A stretch of 64,000 bases of DNA from Flavobacteriales bacterium (GTDB lineage Bacteria; Bacteroidota; Bacteroidia; CAIKAF01), in the NCBI GenBank assembly GCA_022402535.1, contig JAKRSD010000007.1, positions 13,110 to 77,109 of the forward strand, in the 5' to 3' direction. The notes under the pieces were generated by a model. It was not told the DNA's origin, made no database searches, and saw only the letters and a program-made list of their open reading frames with translations. The position numbers were made by a program, and so were the translations under genes. This document shows, in pieces, positions 21,204-31,544 of this stretch (the first letter of the stretch is position 1; every line of letters starts with the position of its first letter).

Positions 21204-23846
21204 TTATCTCACCAGCGTTACGGAAGAACTGAATTCGTGAGATTTTCCGTAATAATCTTTTACAATCACCGTACAAAAATATACCCCGTCCACGGCTTCA
21301 TTTCCGAAAGGCGCTGTACCATCCCAATGCAAATCGGGCGAAACGGACTCAAAAACTCTTTCGCCCCAGCGATTGAAAATAAACATCCTAAAATCGGAAA
21401 CACCTTTAACCACGGCAAAATACTCGTCGTTCACCAAGTCGCCATTGGGGGTAAACACATTGGGAAGAAACACTTCCATCGATTCATAAACCAAAATCTG
21501 GGTAAAAGCCGAATCCATGCATCCGTTGGCGTCTGTTATCCAAAGCCCGAGGGTAAACTCTCCGGGAACATTGTAATCAAATGAAGGGCTGAAGGCATCC
21601 GAAACCTCCCCGTTCCCCGACGACCATAAGTAAGTTTGCGCACCGGTAGATTGATTAGCCGTCTGCACGGTCAGCGGTATATTCCCTGTGGGAGGATTAG
21701 CCGTAAAAGAAGCATCGGGCGACGAAACGGAAACATTTACAAATGCCGTGTCCGTACCGCATTCGGTTTGTGAAATCAGAAAATACACCCCTGAATTTGT
21801 TACCGTAATAGCATTCCCGGTAGATTGATTGCTCCAAATCAGGGTGCCGTTCCCTGAACCCGAGAGTGCATAGCTGCTTCCGGTACAAATAGATACAATA
21901 GATGGTCCGCTTATCTGAGCCTGGGGCAAAATTCCTTCACTCACCACTACCGTATCTGAAGCTGTTCCGCATGAGTTGCTTGCAATGGCCACCACGGTTT
22001 GGGCATTGTTCACCGTAAAACTCGCCGAAGGAGCATTTCCGTTCCACGAAACAGGTGCATTGGCATCGGCGGTGAGTTGTATGCCGGTTGCGTTACAAAT
22101 TACCGGATTCACAGGCTGAATGTTTACAAACGGCAACGGATTTTGAGTTATCTGAATGGAATCGGAAACGGTGCCGCACGAATTGGTAACCGTGGCGGTG
22201 AAGGTACCTCCGTCATTTACGGTAATGGAATTCCCGGTTTGACCCGTGGACCAGTTTATGGTTCCTGAACCGGTTGCCTGAATCACAAAGGTTTCCCCTT
22301 CGCAGATAGCAGCATTGTTTTGCGTAATCTGTACTGATGGCTGCGAAGCCGTGCTGATTTGGATAGAATCCGCGGCGTTTCCGCAGGTGTTGGTTACCGT
22401 GGCAATATACAATCCGCCCGTATTCACAGAGATGGAATTGCCCGTCTGCCCGGTTGACCAGGTAACCGTGCCAGAAGCCGTGGTGGTTAACGTTGCCGAA
22501 GCGCCGGCACATAATGCAAAATTGGTTTCATTAATTACCACGGAAGGAGCGGATATTTCGGTAATCGTAATATTATCCGTAACCGAGCCGCAATTATTCG
22601 TTACGGTAGCCGTGTAGGTTCCGCCACTGGATATATTAATGGAGTTTCCGGTTTGTCCGGTGGACCAGTTGATGGTGCCTGAGCCGGTAGCCGAAATCAC
22701 GGCGGTATTGCCCGAACAAATGGAAAAATCATTTTCGGTAATCTGAACCGAAGCCAAGGGCGAAGAAGTAACCACAATCGTATCGGAAGCCACACCACAT
22801 GCATTGGTAGTAAATGCCACATATTGGCCGGGAGCATTTACGGTTATCGCATTCCCGGTCTGTAAGGTAGACCAGGCAACCGGACCATTAGCCGTGGCAT
22901 TAATCGTAGTGGAATTCCCCTGACAAATCGTGGCGTTTTGTTGAGTAATTTGAACCGAAGGCTGTGGAGTTATCGTAATCAATACACTGTCTCTGAGTGT
23001 GTCGGGGCAGGCTCCTTTCACATTCAGGTAAACCCAAAAAGAACCTGTTTCTCCTGAGGAGGGCGTGTACGTACCTGAAAGATTTCCTGCTGCAGAAAAA
23101 GTTCCTGTTCCTCCCGTCCACTGGATATAAGAAAAACTGCCCACGACTGAACCTTGTAAAGTAGCCGGACTGCCCGCACAAACTGAAGCCGGATTAGCGC
23201 CGGCATCAATAGTAAACGGCTGAATGGGAGCCGTACATCCGTTATTTCCATAGGAGGCATTTCCGGCCTGATTAAAATTGACAAAAGCGCCATCGCCGCC
23301 CACCAGTAAGCTTCTGTCATACGTAACCGTTTCAGAGCAAGACAAAGGAGCATAGTTGATGGTTAATGTTCTTAATCCCGTACCGGCATTGGCAAAGTGT
23401 CCGGCATTTCCTCTTTGTGTATTTTGATAAAGAATATAAAGCGTATCCGAAAGCCCGGCAAAGGAATTTGCGGCCGTATTCATATCCCAGGAAGTAACCA
23501 AAATGGCTTTTTTATTGGCAGGAATTATCCCGCCCAGAGGTTCCAACAGATATCCGCAGGACGTGATGGACGCATTGAGTACGGCGGTATTTTGAGCCGT
23601 TATTCCGTTCATAATCCATCCTCCGAAGGCGTGATTGGGCCAAACGGGAACGATGCTGTTTACATTCAGGTTGTTGGGACCCACGAGAATACGTACCATT
23701 TCGTTTTGACCTTCTTTGAGGTCCGGAGAGCAGGCATCCACCAGAATGTTTTCTACTTCGAGGCAGTTGAGGGTAGTTTGGGCCGTGGTTAGGGTGTAGG
23801 TAGTAAGAAATAAGAAGGACAAAATAAACCTAAACGGCATATGCAA
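21204..23846 (-). CDS. T9SS cargo/adhesin-like protein with six tandem ~70-aa Ig-like repeats and a gliding-motility-associated (type B, CHU_C/TIGR04131-like) C-terminal sorting domain
   Basis: Signal peptide. Repeats each carry ..C.G......ATGSGT.NWSTGQTGNSI.V..GG.Y.ATVTN.CG...D.I.I. The C-terminus VFLPNVFTPNGDLVNDEYF...FNRWGERVFES...WDGT is the type B T9SS CTD. Confidence 0.75.
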   Translation of the reverse strand: MHMPFRFILSFLFLTTYTLTTAQTTLNCLEVENILVDACSPDLKEGQNEMVRILVGPNNLNVNSIVPVWPNHAFGGWIMNGITAQNTAVLNASITSCGYLLEPLGGIIPANKKAILVTSWDMNTAANSFAGLSDTLYILYQNTQRGNAGHFANAGTGLRTLTINYAPLSCSETVTYDRSLLVGGDGAFVNFNQAGNASYGNNGCTAPIQPFTIDAGANPASVCAGSPATLQGSVVGSFSYIQWTGGTGTFSAAGNLSGTYTPSSGETGSFWVYLNVKGACPDTLRDSVLITITPQPSVQITQQNATICQGNSTTINATANGPVAWSTLQTGNAITVNAPGQYVAFTTNACGVASDTIVVTSSPLASVQITENDFSICSGNTAVISATGSGTINWSTGQTGNSINISSGGTYTATVTNNCGSVTDNITITEISAPSVVINETNFALCAGASATLTTTASGTVTWSTGQTGNSISVNTGGLYIATVTNTCGNAADSIQISTASQPSVQITQNNAAICEGETFVIQATGSGTINWSTGQTGNSITVNDGGTFTATVTNSCGTVSDSIQITQNPLPFVNIQPVNPVICNATGIQLTADANAPVSWNGNAPSASFTVNNAQTVVAIASNSCGTASDTVVVSEGILPQAQISGPSIVSICTGSSYALSGSGNGTLIWSNQSTGNAITVTNSGVYFLISQTECGTDTAFVNVSVSSPDASFTANPPTGNIPLTVQTANQSTGAQTYLWSSGNGEVSDAFSPSFDYNVPGEFTLGLWITDANGCMDSAFTQILVYESMEVFLPNVFTPNGDLVNDEYFAVVKGVSDFRMFIFNRWGERVFESVSPDLHWDGTAPFGNEAVDGVYFCTVIVKDYYGKSHEFSSSVTLVR

Positions 23847-23922
23847 AATTTTTGCAAAGGAACACGCTTAAGTCTAAATGGGTTTTAAGTTATCATTAAT
23901 TAACGATTTTATTTTCCCAGTC

Positions 23923-24504
23923 TTACAAAAGTTCAGACTCCAGACCTTCTATCAGGCAGTGAATCACTTTGATATGAATTTCCTGGGCACGGTCGGCATA
24001 GTCGGAATAAGGCGCACGAATTTCCACATCGCACAGTTCTGCCAGTTTACCACCCGATTTACCCGTAAGAGCCACCACCTTCATGCCCTTTTTGCGGGCA
24101 GACAGAGCCGCTTCAATCACATTTTCTGAGTTTCCGCTGGTGCTGATGGCCAGCAATACATCGCCGGGGTTTCCCACCGTTTCCACAAACCGAGAAAACA
24201 CCTGCGCATAGCCAAAGTCGTTTGCCACACACGATAAATAAGAAGGATCTGAAATGGAAAGAGCGGCCATTCCGGGGCGGTTTTGTCTGAAACGGCCGGT
24301 GAGCTCTTCGGCAAAATGCATCGCATCGCTCATGCTTCCCCCGTTTCCGCACGAAATAAGCTTATTACCCGATTTCAGGGCTCCGTCCATAATCAATACG
24401 GCTTCGGAAAGCGCCTCTAAATTTCGGGGGTCGCTTCTGAACGTACGAACCGAATTTTCAGCTTCTTCAAGAGATTTTGCAAGGCGTTCCGATAAATTCA
24501 TCAA
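23923..24504 (-). CDS. gmhA: D-sedoheptulose-7-phosphate isomerase (SIS domain)
   Basis: SIS motif LISCGNGGSMSDAMHFAEEL and LLAISTSGNSENV. 193 aa. Confidence 0.85.
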   Translation of the reverse strand: MMNLSERLAKSLEEAENSVRTFRSDPRNLEALSEAVLIMDGALKSGNKLISCGNGGSMSDAMHFAEELTGRFRQNRPGMAALSISDPSYLSCVANDFGYAQVFSRFVETVGNPGDVLLAISTSGNSENVIEAALSARKKGMKVVALTGKSGGKLAELCDVEIRAPYSDYADRAQEIHIKVIHCLIEGLESELL

Positions 24505-24577
24505 AAATTAATTTTTTGCTTTGCCCAACTTGGTTATTTTTGTTGAACACAGAAAAGCAAATTTAGTATTAAGGTTG

Positions 24578-25021
24578 ATGAAAAAAATCTATGCCGCCGT
24601 ATTTTCCCTCTTTTGTTTCACCGCCACCGCATTTTCTCAGGCTCCGCTTGCCGATGATGCATCGTGCTATTACCAGTATCTGAAGGTGTTTGAAGCCCGT
24701 GGAGCCGCTGAAATTCCAGACGGCACCCACGATGATGTGGTTATTTCCATCCGCAAAGGAACCCGCACCGACTGCTATTCGGGTAAAGTAATCGTGGAAA
24801 AAAAGGGAATCCGCACCATGTACATCAAGTTCAGCGACGGGAATTACGACCTGTTTGAACCGATTTACAAGTTCAAAGAGGACATTACGGTAAACAACGG
24901 AAAAAGCAAAACGCAGGTAACCGCCGATGATCAGTTGGTGGATGTGTTTTTCCCTAAATTTCTCAGACCCAAAAAGAAATCATACGAAAGAGCACCCCTG
25001 CCTTCGCTCGATGATTTATAG
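24578..25021 (+). CDS. Hypothetical secreted protein (track ORF begins at a TTG at 24521; the ATG at 24578 gives MKKIY signal peptide)
   Basis: MKKIYAAVFSLFCFTATAFSQ signal peptide, about 147 aa mature, no motif recognised. Confidence 0.45.
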   Translation: MKKIYAAVFSLFCFTATAFSQAPLADDASCYYQYLKVFEARGAAEIPDGTHDDVVISIRKGTRTDCYSGKVIVEKKGIRTMYIKFSDGNYDLFEPIYKFKEDITVNNGKSKTQVTADDQLVDVFFPKFLRPKKKSYERAPLPSLDDL

Positions 25022-25729
25022 CATGCCTTCGTCGGCAAAGCTGAAATAACCCGATGCGGTAATAATCAGGTGATCAAACACGGGAATATCCAGAATATTT
25101 CCAGATTCCTTCATGGTTTTGGTGAGTTTTATATCCGCCTGGCTGGGTTTTAAATTACCCGAAGGGTGATTGTGCGCCAGAATAATTCCGCAGGCCTGCT
25201 CTTCCAATGCCTTCTTAAATATAATGCGCTGATCGGCCACCGTGCCGGCAAATCCGCCGGCACTCACCGAATATTTCCCGATAACGGTATTGGCTTTATT
25301 GAGCAGTAAAATCCAAAATTCTTCGTGCGGCAAATCCGACAACGAAGAAGCCAAATATTCATACGCATCTTTAGAAGAAGAAATTTTGGGCTTACGCCCC
25401 ACTTCCGAATCCCTGCGCCGGCGGCCCAATTCCAATGCGGCCGAAATGGTTACGGCTTTGGCTTCGCCTACGCCCTTAAAGCGCATCAGGTCTTTGAGCG
25501 AGAGGCGGCTCAGTGCAGCCAAATCATAATTCACGGAGGCCAGCAGCCGTTTCGATAAATCAACCACCGTTTCGTTGCGGGTGCCCGTATTCATCAGTAT
25601 GGCCAATAGTTCGGCGTCGCTTAGTGCCGCTTTTCCTTTTTTAATCAGCTTTTCGCGCGGACGGTCATCTTCAGCCCAGGCTTTTACGGAAGTAAATTCA
25701 CGATTTTCTTCAAAGTTTTGCATAAACAA
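25016..25729 (-). CDS. radC: DNA repair protein RadC (JAB/MPN domain)
   Basis: HhH motif region LSDAELLAILMNTG. JAMM-like motif ILAHNHPSGNLKPSQAD. Confidence 0.85.
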   Translation of the reverse strand: MFMQNFEENREFTSVKAWAEDDRPREKLIKKGKAALSDAELLAILMNTGTRNETVVDLSKRLLASVNYDLAALSRLSLKDLMRFKGVGEAKAVTISAALELGRRRRDSEVGRKPKISSSKDAYEYLASSLSDLPHEEFWILLLNKANTVIGKYSVSAGGFAGTVADQRIIFKKALEEQACGIILAHNHPSGNLKPSQADIKLTKTMKESGNILDIPVFDHLIITASGYFSFADEGML

Positions 25730-25764
25730 AGGGTTTATGCAATGTTACAAAAAACAGGTAATGA

Positions 25765-26079
25765 TTATTTGTTCACTCCTTCGTTTACGATGACAAAAAC
25801 ATCTTCATCATCTTTTTTCATCAGGTATTTTTCGCGGCCCAATTTTTCCAGGGCGGCCCTGTCGCCGTTGAGTTCATTGAGTCTTCGGGTGTTTTCTGAA
25901 ATTTCGTTGTGGTAGAACAGTGTATCCTGAACCAGCGTTTCCATTTCGCGGTCGAGTTTAGCCCTGTAAAAGTAATTCTGCCGGTCAAAAAAGCCCATCC
26001 AAACCAGAAATGCCGCCGTGGTAATCACGTACTTAAATTTCCAGAAAATGGATACAAACCGGCCTACTTTTTCTTTCAT
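25765..26079 (-). CDS. Septum formation initiator (FtsB/DivIC-like) family protein
   Basis: 104 aa with a single N-terminal TM followed by a coiled coil (LDREMETLVQDTLFYHNEISENTRRLNELNGDRAALEKL). Confidence 0.55.
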   Translation of the reverse strand: MKEKVGRFVSIFWKFKYVITTAAFLVWMGFFDRQNYFYRAKLDREMETLVQDTLFYHNEISENTRRLNELNGDRAALEKLGREKYLMKKDDEDVFVIVNEGVNK

Positions 26080-26320
26080 GCGGTAAAATTACGCCAAGCC
26101 CTGTTAGCCGCAAGGTATTTTAACCCTTTTTGTTAACCCGGTAATGTTTAAACTGTAATTTGATGATGTGCTGATGGAAGGGATTCAAAACACAAGATTG
26201 ATGAACCAAAACAATAAAATCCACGACAGGCATCTCTACTATTGCCTTTTGCCACCTCCCCGATAGCCATCGGGGTATTGCCTATTAACAGATAACGATT
26301 AACTTTTACTCTCTGCCTTT

Positions 26321-26932
26321 TCAAGGCCGTGCAAAAGCAAAGCGCGAAATCAATTCCGTTCGGTGATAGGCATCCAGTCCGTTTGTGCAAACGGTTCCGG
26401 CAGCGGCAGCATCCACATAGCCGTCTTCGCCAATCAGTTCTTCGCGAATCCTGACAAATTCCACCTTCCCGCAAAGCAATACGGTATCCGTAATCTGAAT
26501 GGGATGTTCTTCTACATAACGTAATCCTATGGATATAGCCGATTCTGCCACACCGGGCGCCCAAAAACCGTCTGCATATTCTTCTGTAAGTCCACAGGCA
26601 TCAAATTCCGAAATATCTTCCGCATACTTTGCCGAGGTTTGGTGTGCTTTTTCCACAAAAGATTCCAGCACGGGATTAATGGTGAAAAAACCGGTAGCTT
26701 TTATGTTGAGATAGGTTTCCCTAGGCACTGAAAGCGTTCTGAACAAAATGCCTAAAGCCGCCGGATTAGCACCCAAATGAATACAGCTATTAAATACCGA
26801 AAGATTGGTAATTCCCCTGGGGCTTTTGGTACCCACCAGTACGCAATTTTTAAATCCCGAAACCGAATTCATAAACGTACGCCGGTAGGCCGTACTCATT
26901 GTTTCAATTTCTTTGCATGTGATGATTTTCAT
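26321..26932 (-). CDS. Flavin reductase family protein (FMN-binding split barrel)
   Basis: 203 aa. The N-terminal pattern F..CVLVGTKSPRGITNLSVFNS is typical of flavin reductase-like domains. Confidence 0.7.
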   Translation of the reverse strand: MKIITCKEIETMSTAYRRTFMNSVSGFKNCVLVGTKSPRGITNLSVFNSCIHLGANPAALGILFRTLSVPRETYLNIKATGFFTINPVLESFVEKAHQTSAKYAEDISEFDACGLTEEYADGFWAPGVAESAISIGLRYVEEHPIQITDTVLLCGKVEFVRIREELIGEDGYVDAAAAGTVCTNGLDAYHRTELISRFAFARP

Positions 26933-26935
26933 GGT

Positions 26936-27640
26936 TTACAATACTTTTAAGGATGACATGCCTCCATCCACCGGAATAATTTGTCCGGTAATCCATGAAG
27001 ATTCTTCGCTGAGTAAAAAACGGGCGGCATCAGCCAGGTTTTCGGGCTGACCGAATCGTTTGAGCGGGTGCCTGTCCGCGGCAGCTTTTCTTCTTTCATC
27101 ACCTTTAAGCAGTTTTTCGGCCAAGGGGGTATCCGTTAAGGAAGGAGCAATCACATTTACTCTGACCGAAGGAGCCCATTCTGCCGCCAATGCCCTCGCA
27201 AAACCTTCTACCGCTCCCTTTGCTGCTGCCACCGAAGTATGAAAAGGCATACCTGTTTGCACGGCTACCGTACTGAAGAGGACCACAGAGGCATTCCCGG
27301 ATTTTTTCAGGGCTTCTCCATAAAAACGCAATGTTTTCACGGCTCCTAAAAAGTGAATCTGCCAATCGGTTTCAAAATCGTGGTTGCTGATACTGCGGAA
27401 AGGCTTGAGATTAATGGTTCCGGGAAAATATACCAACCCGTCAATGGGTCCTTCTGCCGGATGAAAAAGGGGCGATTCATCGGTAATTTGAAGCGGACTG
27501 AACGTAACGCCTTCGAGTTGGCCGGTTTCGTTTTCGGTTCTTGCCATCAGATGAACGGAATGCCCCTCATGAATGAGTTTGCGGGCAAGAGAAAGTCCCG
27601 TGCCGGTGCTTCCTCCGATAAAATAAAATGTTTTACCCAT
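26936..27640 (-). CDS. SDR-family oxidoreductase
   Basis: FIGGSTGTGLSLARKL Rossmann motif with downstream catalytic Y/K region. 234 aa. Confidence 0.8.
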   Translation of the reverse strand: MGKTFYFIGGSTGTGLSLARKLIHEGHSVHLMARTENETGQLEGVTFSPLQITDESPLFHPAEGPIDGLVYFPGTINLKPFRSISNHDFETDWQIHFLGAVKTLRFYGEALKKSGNASVVLFSTVAVQTGMPFHTSVAAAKGAVEGFARALAAEWAPSVRVNVIAPSLTDTPLAEKLLKGDERRKAAADRHPLKRFGQPENLADAARFLLSEESSWITGQIIPVDGGMSSLKVL

Positions 27641-27691
27641 AAAAACGGTTTCTCATTAAACAGGATGCGCTGCGCTTTGTTTTGAGAGAGA

Positions 27692-29152
27692 ATGAACAAT
27701 ACATACCATAGTGTGGTCATCGGCGCCGGATTGGGCGGACTCACGGCCGCTGCCTTATTGGCTAAAAAAGGGATGAAACCCTTGGTGCTGGAACGGAACT
27801 GGATTCCCGGAGGCTGCGCCACTTCTTACCCCAGAAAACATTTTATTTTTGAAAGCGGAGCTACCACCCTGGTGGGGTTAGACCCAGGCATGGCCCTGCA
27901 TACGCTGCTGGAAGAGCTAAATATTTCTGTAGAAGCAATAAAATTAGATCCGCCCATGCAGGTGATACTGGCCGACGGAGAAAAAATTACCCGTTATGCC
28001 GATAAAAACGAATGGATTATTGAAGCCGAAAGGATATTTGGAAAAAAAGGACAACGCCCCTTTTGGAACCTGCTTTTCCGGCTTTCTGATTTTGTGTGGC
28101 GGGTATCGGGGAAATACCTGCATTTTCCGCCTACGAACGTAAATGATTTGTGGGCCCTGGCCAAAAAAATGGATGTGCGGGATATTCCCTATCTGCGATA
28201 TGCCTTTGTTACCACAGAAGATATTCTAAGAAAGTACGGCTTGGCGGATAATTCCCGGTTTGTGCGTTTCTGCAATGAGCAGTTGCTGATTTCGGCACAA
28301 AACCATGTATCGCAGGTAAATGCCTTATTTGGCGCTGCGGCACTCTGTTATACACAATGCGGAAATTATTATCTGCCGGGAGGTATGGGCGTTCTATCCG
28401 ACAAACTTTCGGAATATATAACACAACAGGGAGGTGAAATTAAACTGCGCACGGAGGTTTTATCCATTCAGCATAAAAAGGGCGATTTTACTATACAGAC
28501 CCGTGATGAAAATATAACGACTCCCCTGCTTTTTTCAGGCATTCCCTTAAATAACCTGGCCGAAATGGACCAGACCGGAGGAGCTGAAAAATATCGGAAA
28601 TACTTGTTTAACCCCGAAAATCTGTATAGTGCTTTTCAGGTGGGAATTGCCTTTACATCCGATAAAAAAACCAACCTCCTGCACTATCAAATCCATTGCG
28701 AAAAACCGTTTAAGGGCACGGAAGCTGATTCTCTTTTTGTAAGCCTTTCTCATCCGGACGATACAATCCGGTCAAATGAAGGGGTGCGTGTGGCTTCGGT
28801 TTCCATGCATATAAGGAACCCTCACCTGAAATTGGAATATAACAAAGAAGAATTGGAGCAGGATGTGTTGAAAGAATTGGAAAAACAAGGTTTTCTGAAA
28901 AAGGAAGATGTGTTATATATGCATTCATCCCAACAAAAAAGCTGGGAAAAATGGACAGGCAGAAAATGGGGTTTTGTGGGCGGATATCCGCAGTTTAAAA
29001 ACATTAAACCCTGGCAGATGAAAGATGCCCGTCACCCGGTGAAAGGCATTTACCTATGCGGAGATACAGTGTATCCCGGACAGGGAATTCCCGGTGTGGT
29101 GCTGAGTGGGCTGGTTTCGGTGGCTAAAGCTGAAACCGACGGGTATATCTGA
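27692..29152 (+). CDS. NAD(P)/FAD-dependent oxidoreductase, phytoene desaturase (CrtI/CrtD)-like family
   Basis: YHSVVIGAGLGGLTAAALLAKKGMKPLVLERNWIPGGCATS dinucleotide-binding fold. C-terminal YLCGDTVYPGQGIPGV is a typical amine-oxidase/CrtI C-terminus. Confidence 0.75.
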   Translation: MNNTYHSVVIGAGLGGLTAAALLAKKGMKPLVLERNWIPGGCATSYPRKHFIFESGATTLVGLDPGMALHTLLEELNISVEAIKLDPPMQVILADGEKITRYADKNEWIIEAERIFGKKGQRPFWNLLFRLSDFVWRVSGKYLHFPPTNVNDLWALAKKMDVRDIPYLRYAFVTTEDILRKYGLADNSRFVRFCNEQLLISAQNHVSQVNALFGAAALCYTQCGNYYLPGGMGVLSDKLSEYITQQGGEIKLRTEVLSIQHKKGDFTIQTRDENITTPLLFSGIPLNNLAEMDQTGGAEKYRKYLFNPENLYSAFQVGIAFTSDKKTNLLHYQIHCEKPFKGTEADSLFVSLSHPDDTIRSNEGVRVASVSMHIRNPHLKLEYNKEELEQDVLKELEKQGFLKKEDVLYMHSSQQKSWEKWTGRKWGFVGGYPQFKNIKPWQMKDARHPVKGIYLCGDTVYPGQGIPGVVLSGLVSVAKAETDGYI

Positions 29153-29158
29153 CAATGT

Positions 29159-29608
29159 TTATTCGGCATGTTCTGTTCCGGGATACAGAACTGTAATTAC
29201 GAGTTTATTCATAAATGTCCAGGCTTTGGCGGTTAAGCCGTCGGGTAGTTTCCATTTCCATTGTTTGCCATCGTTGGGTTTACCGTAATTTTTTTCGACA
29301 AATGCATCGCGAACAGCCGGATTGTGATAATCAATGATTAATTCATAAAGAGGCTGTTCACCCTGAGTGTCAAAATACAAAATCAACATTTTCACTTCTT
29401 GGGAAGGAGATTCTATATCATACTCATGCCTAAAGCTGAAATCCGATTTTTGTACATTTTTATTTTTCTTGGTAAAAGCATCGTGCGACATGCCGAACTT
29501 ATACTTCTTCATGGACTTTGGCACCAACATTTTGTAAGTCATCGGTTTTTGGGCAGAAACATTTAACAAGAGCGCTGCCGAGCAGATAAATAAGACTAAG
29601 GATTTCAT
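29159..29608 (-). CDS. Hypothetical secreted protein
   Basis: MKSLVLFICSAALLLNVSAQ signal peptide. 149 aa. Confidence 0.5.
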   Translation of the reverse strand: MKSLVLFICSAALLLNVSAQKPMTYKMLVPKSMKKYKFGMSHDAFTKKNKNVQKSDFSFRHEYDIESPSQEVKMLILYFDTQGEQPLYELIIDYHNPAVRDAFVEKNYGKPNDGKQWKWKLPDGLTAKAWTFMNKLVITVLYPGTEHAE

Positions 29609-29626
29609 ATATTTATTCGTTATGGA

Positions 29627-30361
29627 TTACATACGTTGACGTACCGCTTCAAACATGGCAATGGCTCCGGCTGCCGAAACATTGAGGCTTTGGGTTTCTC
29701 CGGGCATGGGAATCTGAGCCAGTGTATCACAAAGTTTTATGTACTCGGGCGAAATACCGTCTTCTTCGGAGCCCATCATCAGAGCCAGGGGACCCGAATA
29801 ATTTTGGCTGTAAATATTCTGCTCCCCTTTTTCGGAAATGCCGATAATTTTCACGCCGCTTTCTTTTAAAAAAGTTAGCGTTTTTTTGAGGTTATTACTA
29901 CGGCAAAGATTTAAACGAAACACAGCCCCCGCCGAGGATTTCACGGCATCGGCATTTACTTCGGCAGCTCCGCGTGCGGGCACCAATACGGCATGAAAAC
30001 CGGCACATTCCGCCGTGCGGCACAAAGCGCCGAAATTTCGCACATCAGTTACTCTGTCCAAAATCAAAATCAACGGATCTATGCCGCCGTCAAAAATAAA
30101 CGGAATTACATCTTCGGCATTTTGCCAGGCCACCAACGAACCATAACAGATAATTCCCTGATGATTGCCGCGGATGGTGCGGTCCAATTTTTCCTGGGGT
30201 ACTTCTTTAATGGGAATACCGCGCTCCGAAGCCAGTTTTCGAATTTCCTGAACATTAGAGCCGCCCAGCCCTTTTTTAATCAGAATTTTTTCGGCCATGG
30301 CGCCCGAACGCAAAAATTCCAATACCGGAAATACGCCGTAAATGCATGAAGAATTTTCCAA
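29627..30361 (-). CDS. rlmB: TrmH/SpoU-family RNA 2'-O-methyltransferase (RlmB-like)
   Basis: N-terminal IYGVFPVLEFL. SpoU motifs LILDRVTDVRNFGALCRTAECAG and LMMGSEEDGISPE. Confidence 0.8.
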   Translation of the reverse strand: MENSSCIYGVFPVLEFLRSGAMAEKILIKKGLGGSNVQEIRKLASERGIPIKEVPQEKLDRTIRGNHQGIICYGSLVAWQNAEDVIPFIFDGGIDPLILILDRVTDVRNFGALCRTAECAGFHAVLVPARGAAEVNADAVKSSAGAVFRLNLCRSNNLKKTLTFLKESGVKIIGISEKGEQNIYSQNYSGPLALMMGSEEDGISPEYIKLCDTLAQIPMPGETQSLNVSAAGAIAMFEAVRQRM

Positions 30362-30395
30362 TCAGATTTTATTTAAATGAAATCAAAGGTACATT

Positions 30396-31514
30396 TTAAC
30401 GGAACAATTCAGCCGCTATTCCATCCGCGTGTAATAAACCTTCGCGGCTCAGGTGTATGCCCTCTTCCGTAATCACCAAAAATTCTTTGGGCAGTTCGTC
30501 CAGTTCTTCTAAAAGAGAAACCCACTCACCCGTTGAAAAACACTGCTCAAAATCTTCCTGGGTAAGTCCTTTGGACGTGCGAAGACGGGTTAACAAAAAT
30601 TCGTTGTAATGGTCGTCTTCGGTGAGTACTTCTTCTTCAAAAAGCAGTGTGTTTTCTTCTTCCAATGATTTAATATAACGGGCATTATTGGCCACGTTCA
30701 TACGCCTTTTTTGCCCGTCGAAACTATGGGCAGACGGCCCGATGCCCCAATAGGGCAAACCCTCCCAATACGATGAATTGTGGCGGCTGTGCATGCCGGG
30801 TTTGCAAAAATTGGAAACCTCATAATGTTCGTATCCCTGCTCCTGCAGAAACTGCGATAAGAATAAAAACTGATCGGTCATGGCATTTTCTTCGGGAGCC
30901 GTTTTTTGTTTTTTGCGGATGCGATGAAACAAAGGCGTGTTTTCTTCTACCGTTAATGCATATGCAGAAATATGAGGCACTCCAAGCGATACGGCTTTTT
31001 TTAGGTTCATTTCCCATTCGGCCGGGGTTAAACCGGGAGTTCCATAAATCAAATCCACGGTAATGTTGTGTATTCCCGCGTCCATAGCCATTTTGATGGA
31101 TTCTTCGGCTTTTCCGGAATCATGAATTCGTTCCATGTAATGCAAATCGCGGTTTATAAACGACTGCACACCCACGGACAAACGGTTGATTCCCGCTTTC
31201 TTCCAACTGTTGAGCGAAGCTTTTGTAATATCGTCCGGATTGGCTTCAAAGGTAATTTCGGCATCCGGCGAAACGGAGTAATTTGCAGAAACCGCATCCA
31301 TAATGGCTTGGAGCTCTTCAGCGGAAAGTAAAGAAGGGGTTCCTCCGCCAAAATACACGGTACGGATTAGAGATTTTTTTTGCGAGCGAATTTCCAATTC
31401 ACGGCAAATGGCCGATATCATACGGTCTTTTAAACCCAGCGAAGTGGAGAAGTGAAAGTCACAGTAATCACAAGCCTTGCGGCAAAATGGAATATGAATA
31501 TAAATGCCGCTCAA
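30396..31514 (-). CDS. hemW: Radical SAM heme chaperone HemW (coproporphyrinogen III oxidase-like)
   Basis: YIHIPFCRKACDYCDFHFS is the CxxxCxxC radical-SAM motif in its HemW context. 372 aa. Confidence 0.9.
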   Translation of the reverse strand: MSGIYIHIPFCRKACDYCDFHFSTSLGLKDRMISAICRELEIRSQKKSLIRTVYFGGGTPSLLSAEELQAIMDAVSANYSVSPDAEITFEANPDDITKASLNSWKKAGINRLSVGVQSFINRDLHYMERIHDSGKAEESIKMAMDAGIHNITVDLIYGTPGLTPAEWEMNLKKAVSLGVPHISAYALTVEENTPLFHRIRKKQKTAPEENAMTDQFLFLSQFLQEQGYEHYEVSNFCKPGMHSRHNSSYWEGLPYWGIGPSAHSFDGQKRRMNVANNARYIKSLEEENTLLFEEEVLTEDDHYNEFLLTRLRTSKGLTQEDFEQCFSTGEWVSLLEELDELPKEFLVITEEGIHLSREGLLHADGIAAELFR

Positions 31515-31544
31515 ACCAATAAAATTATGAAAAGAGAAAGAATA

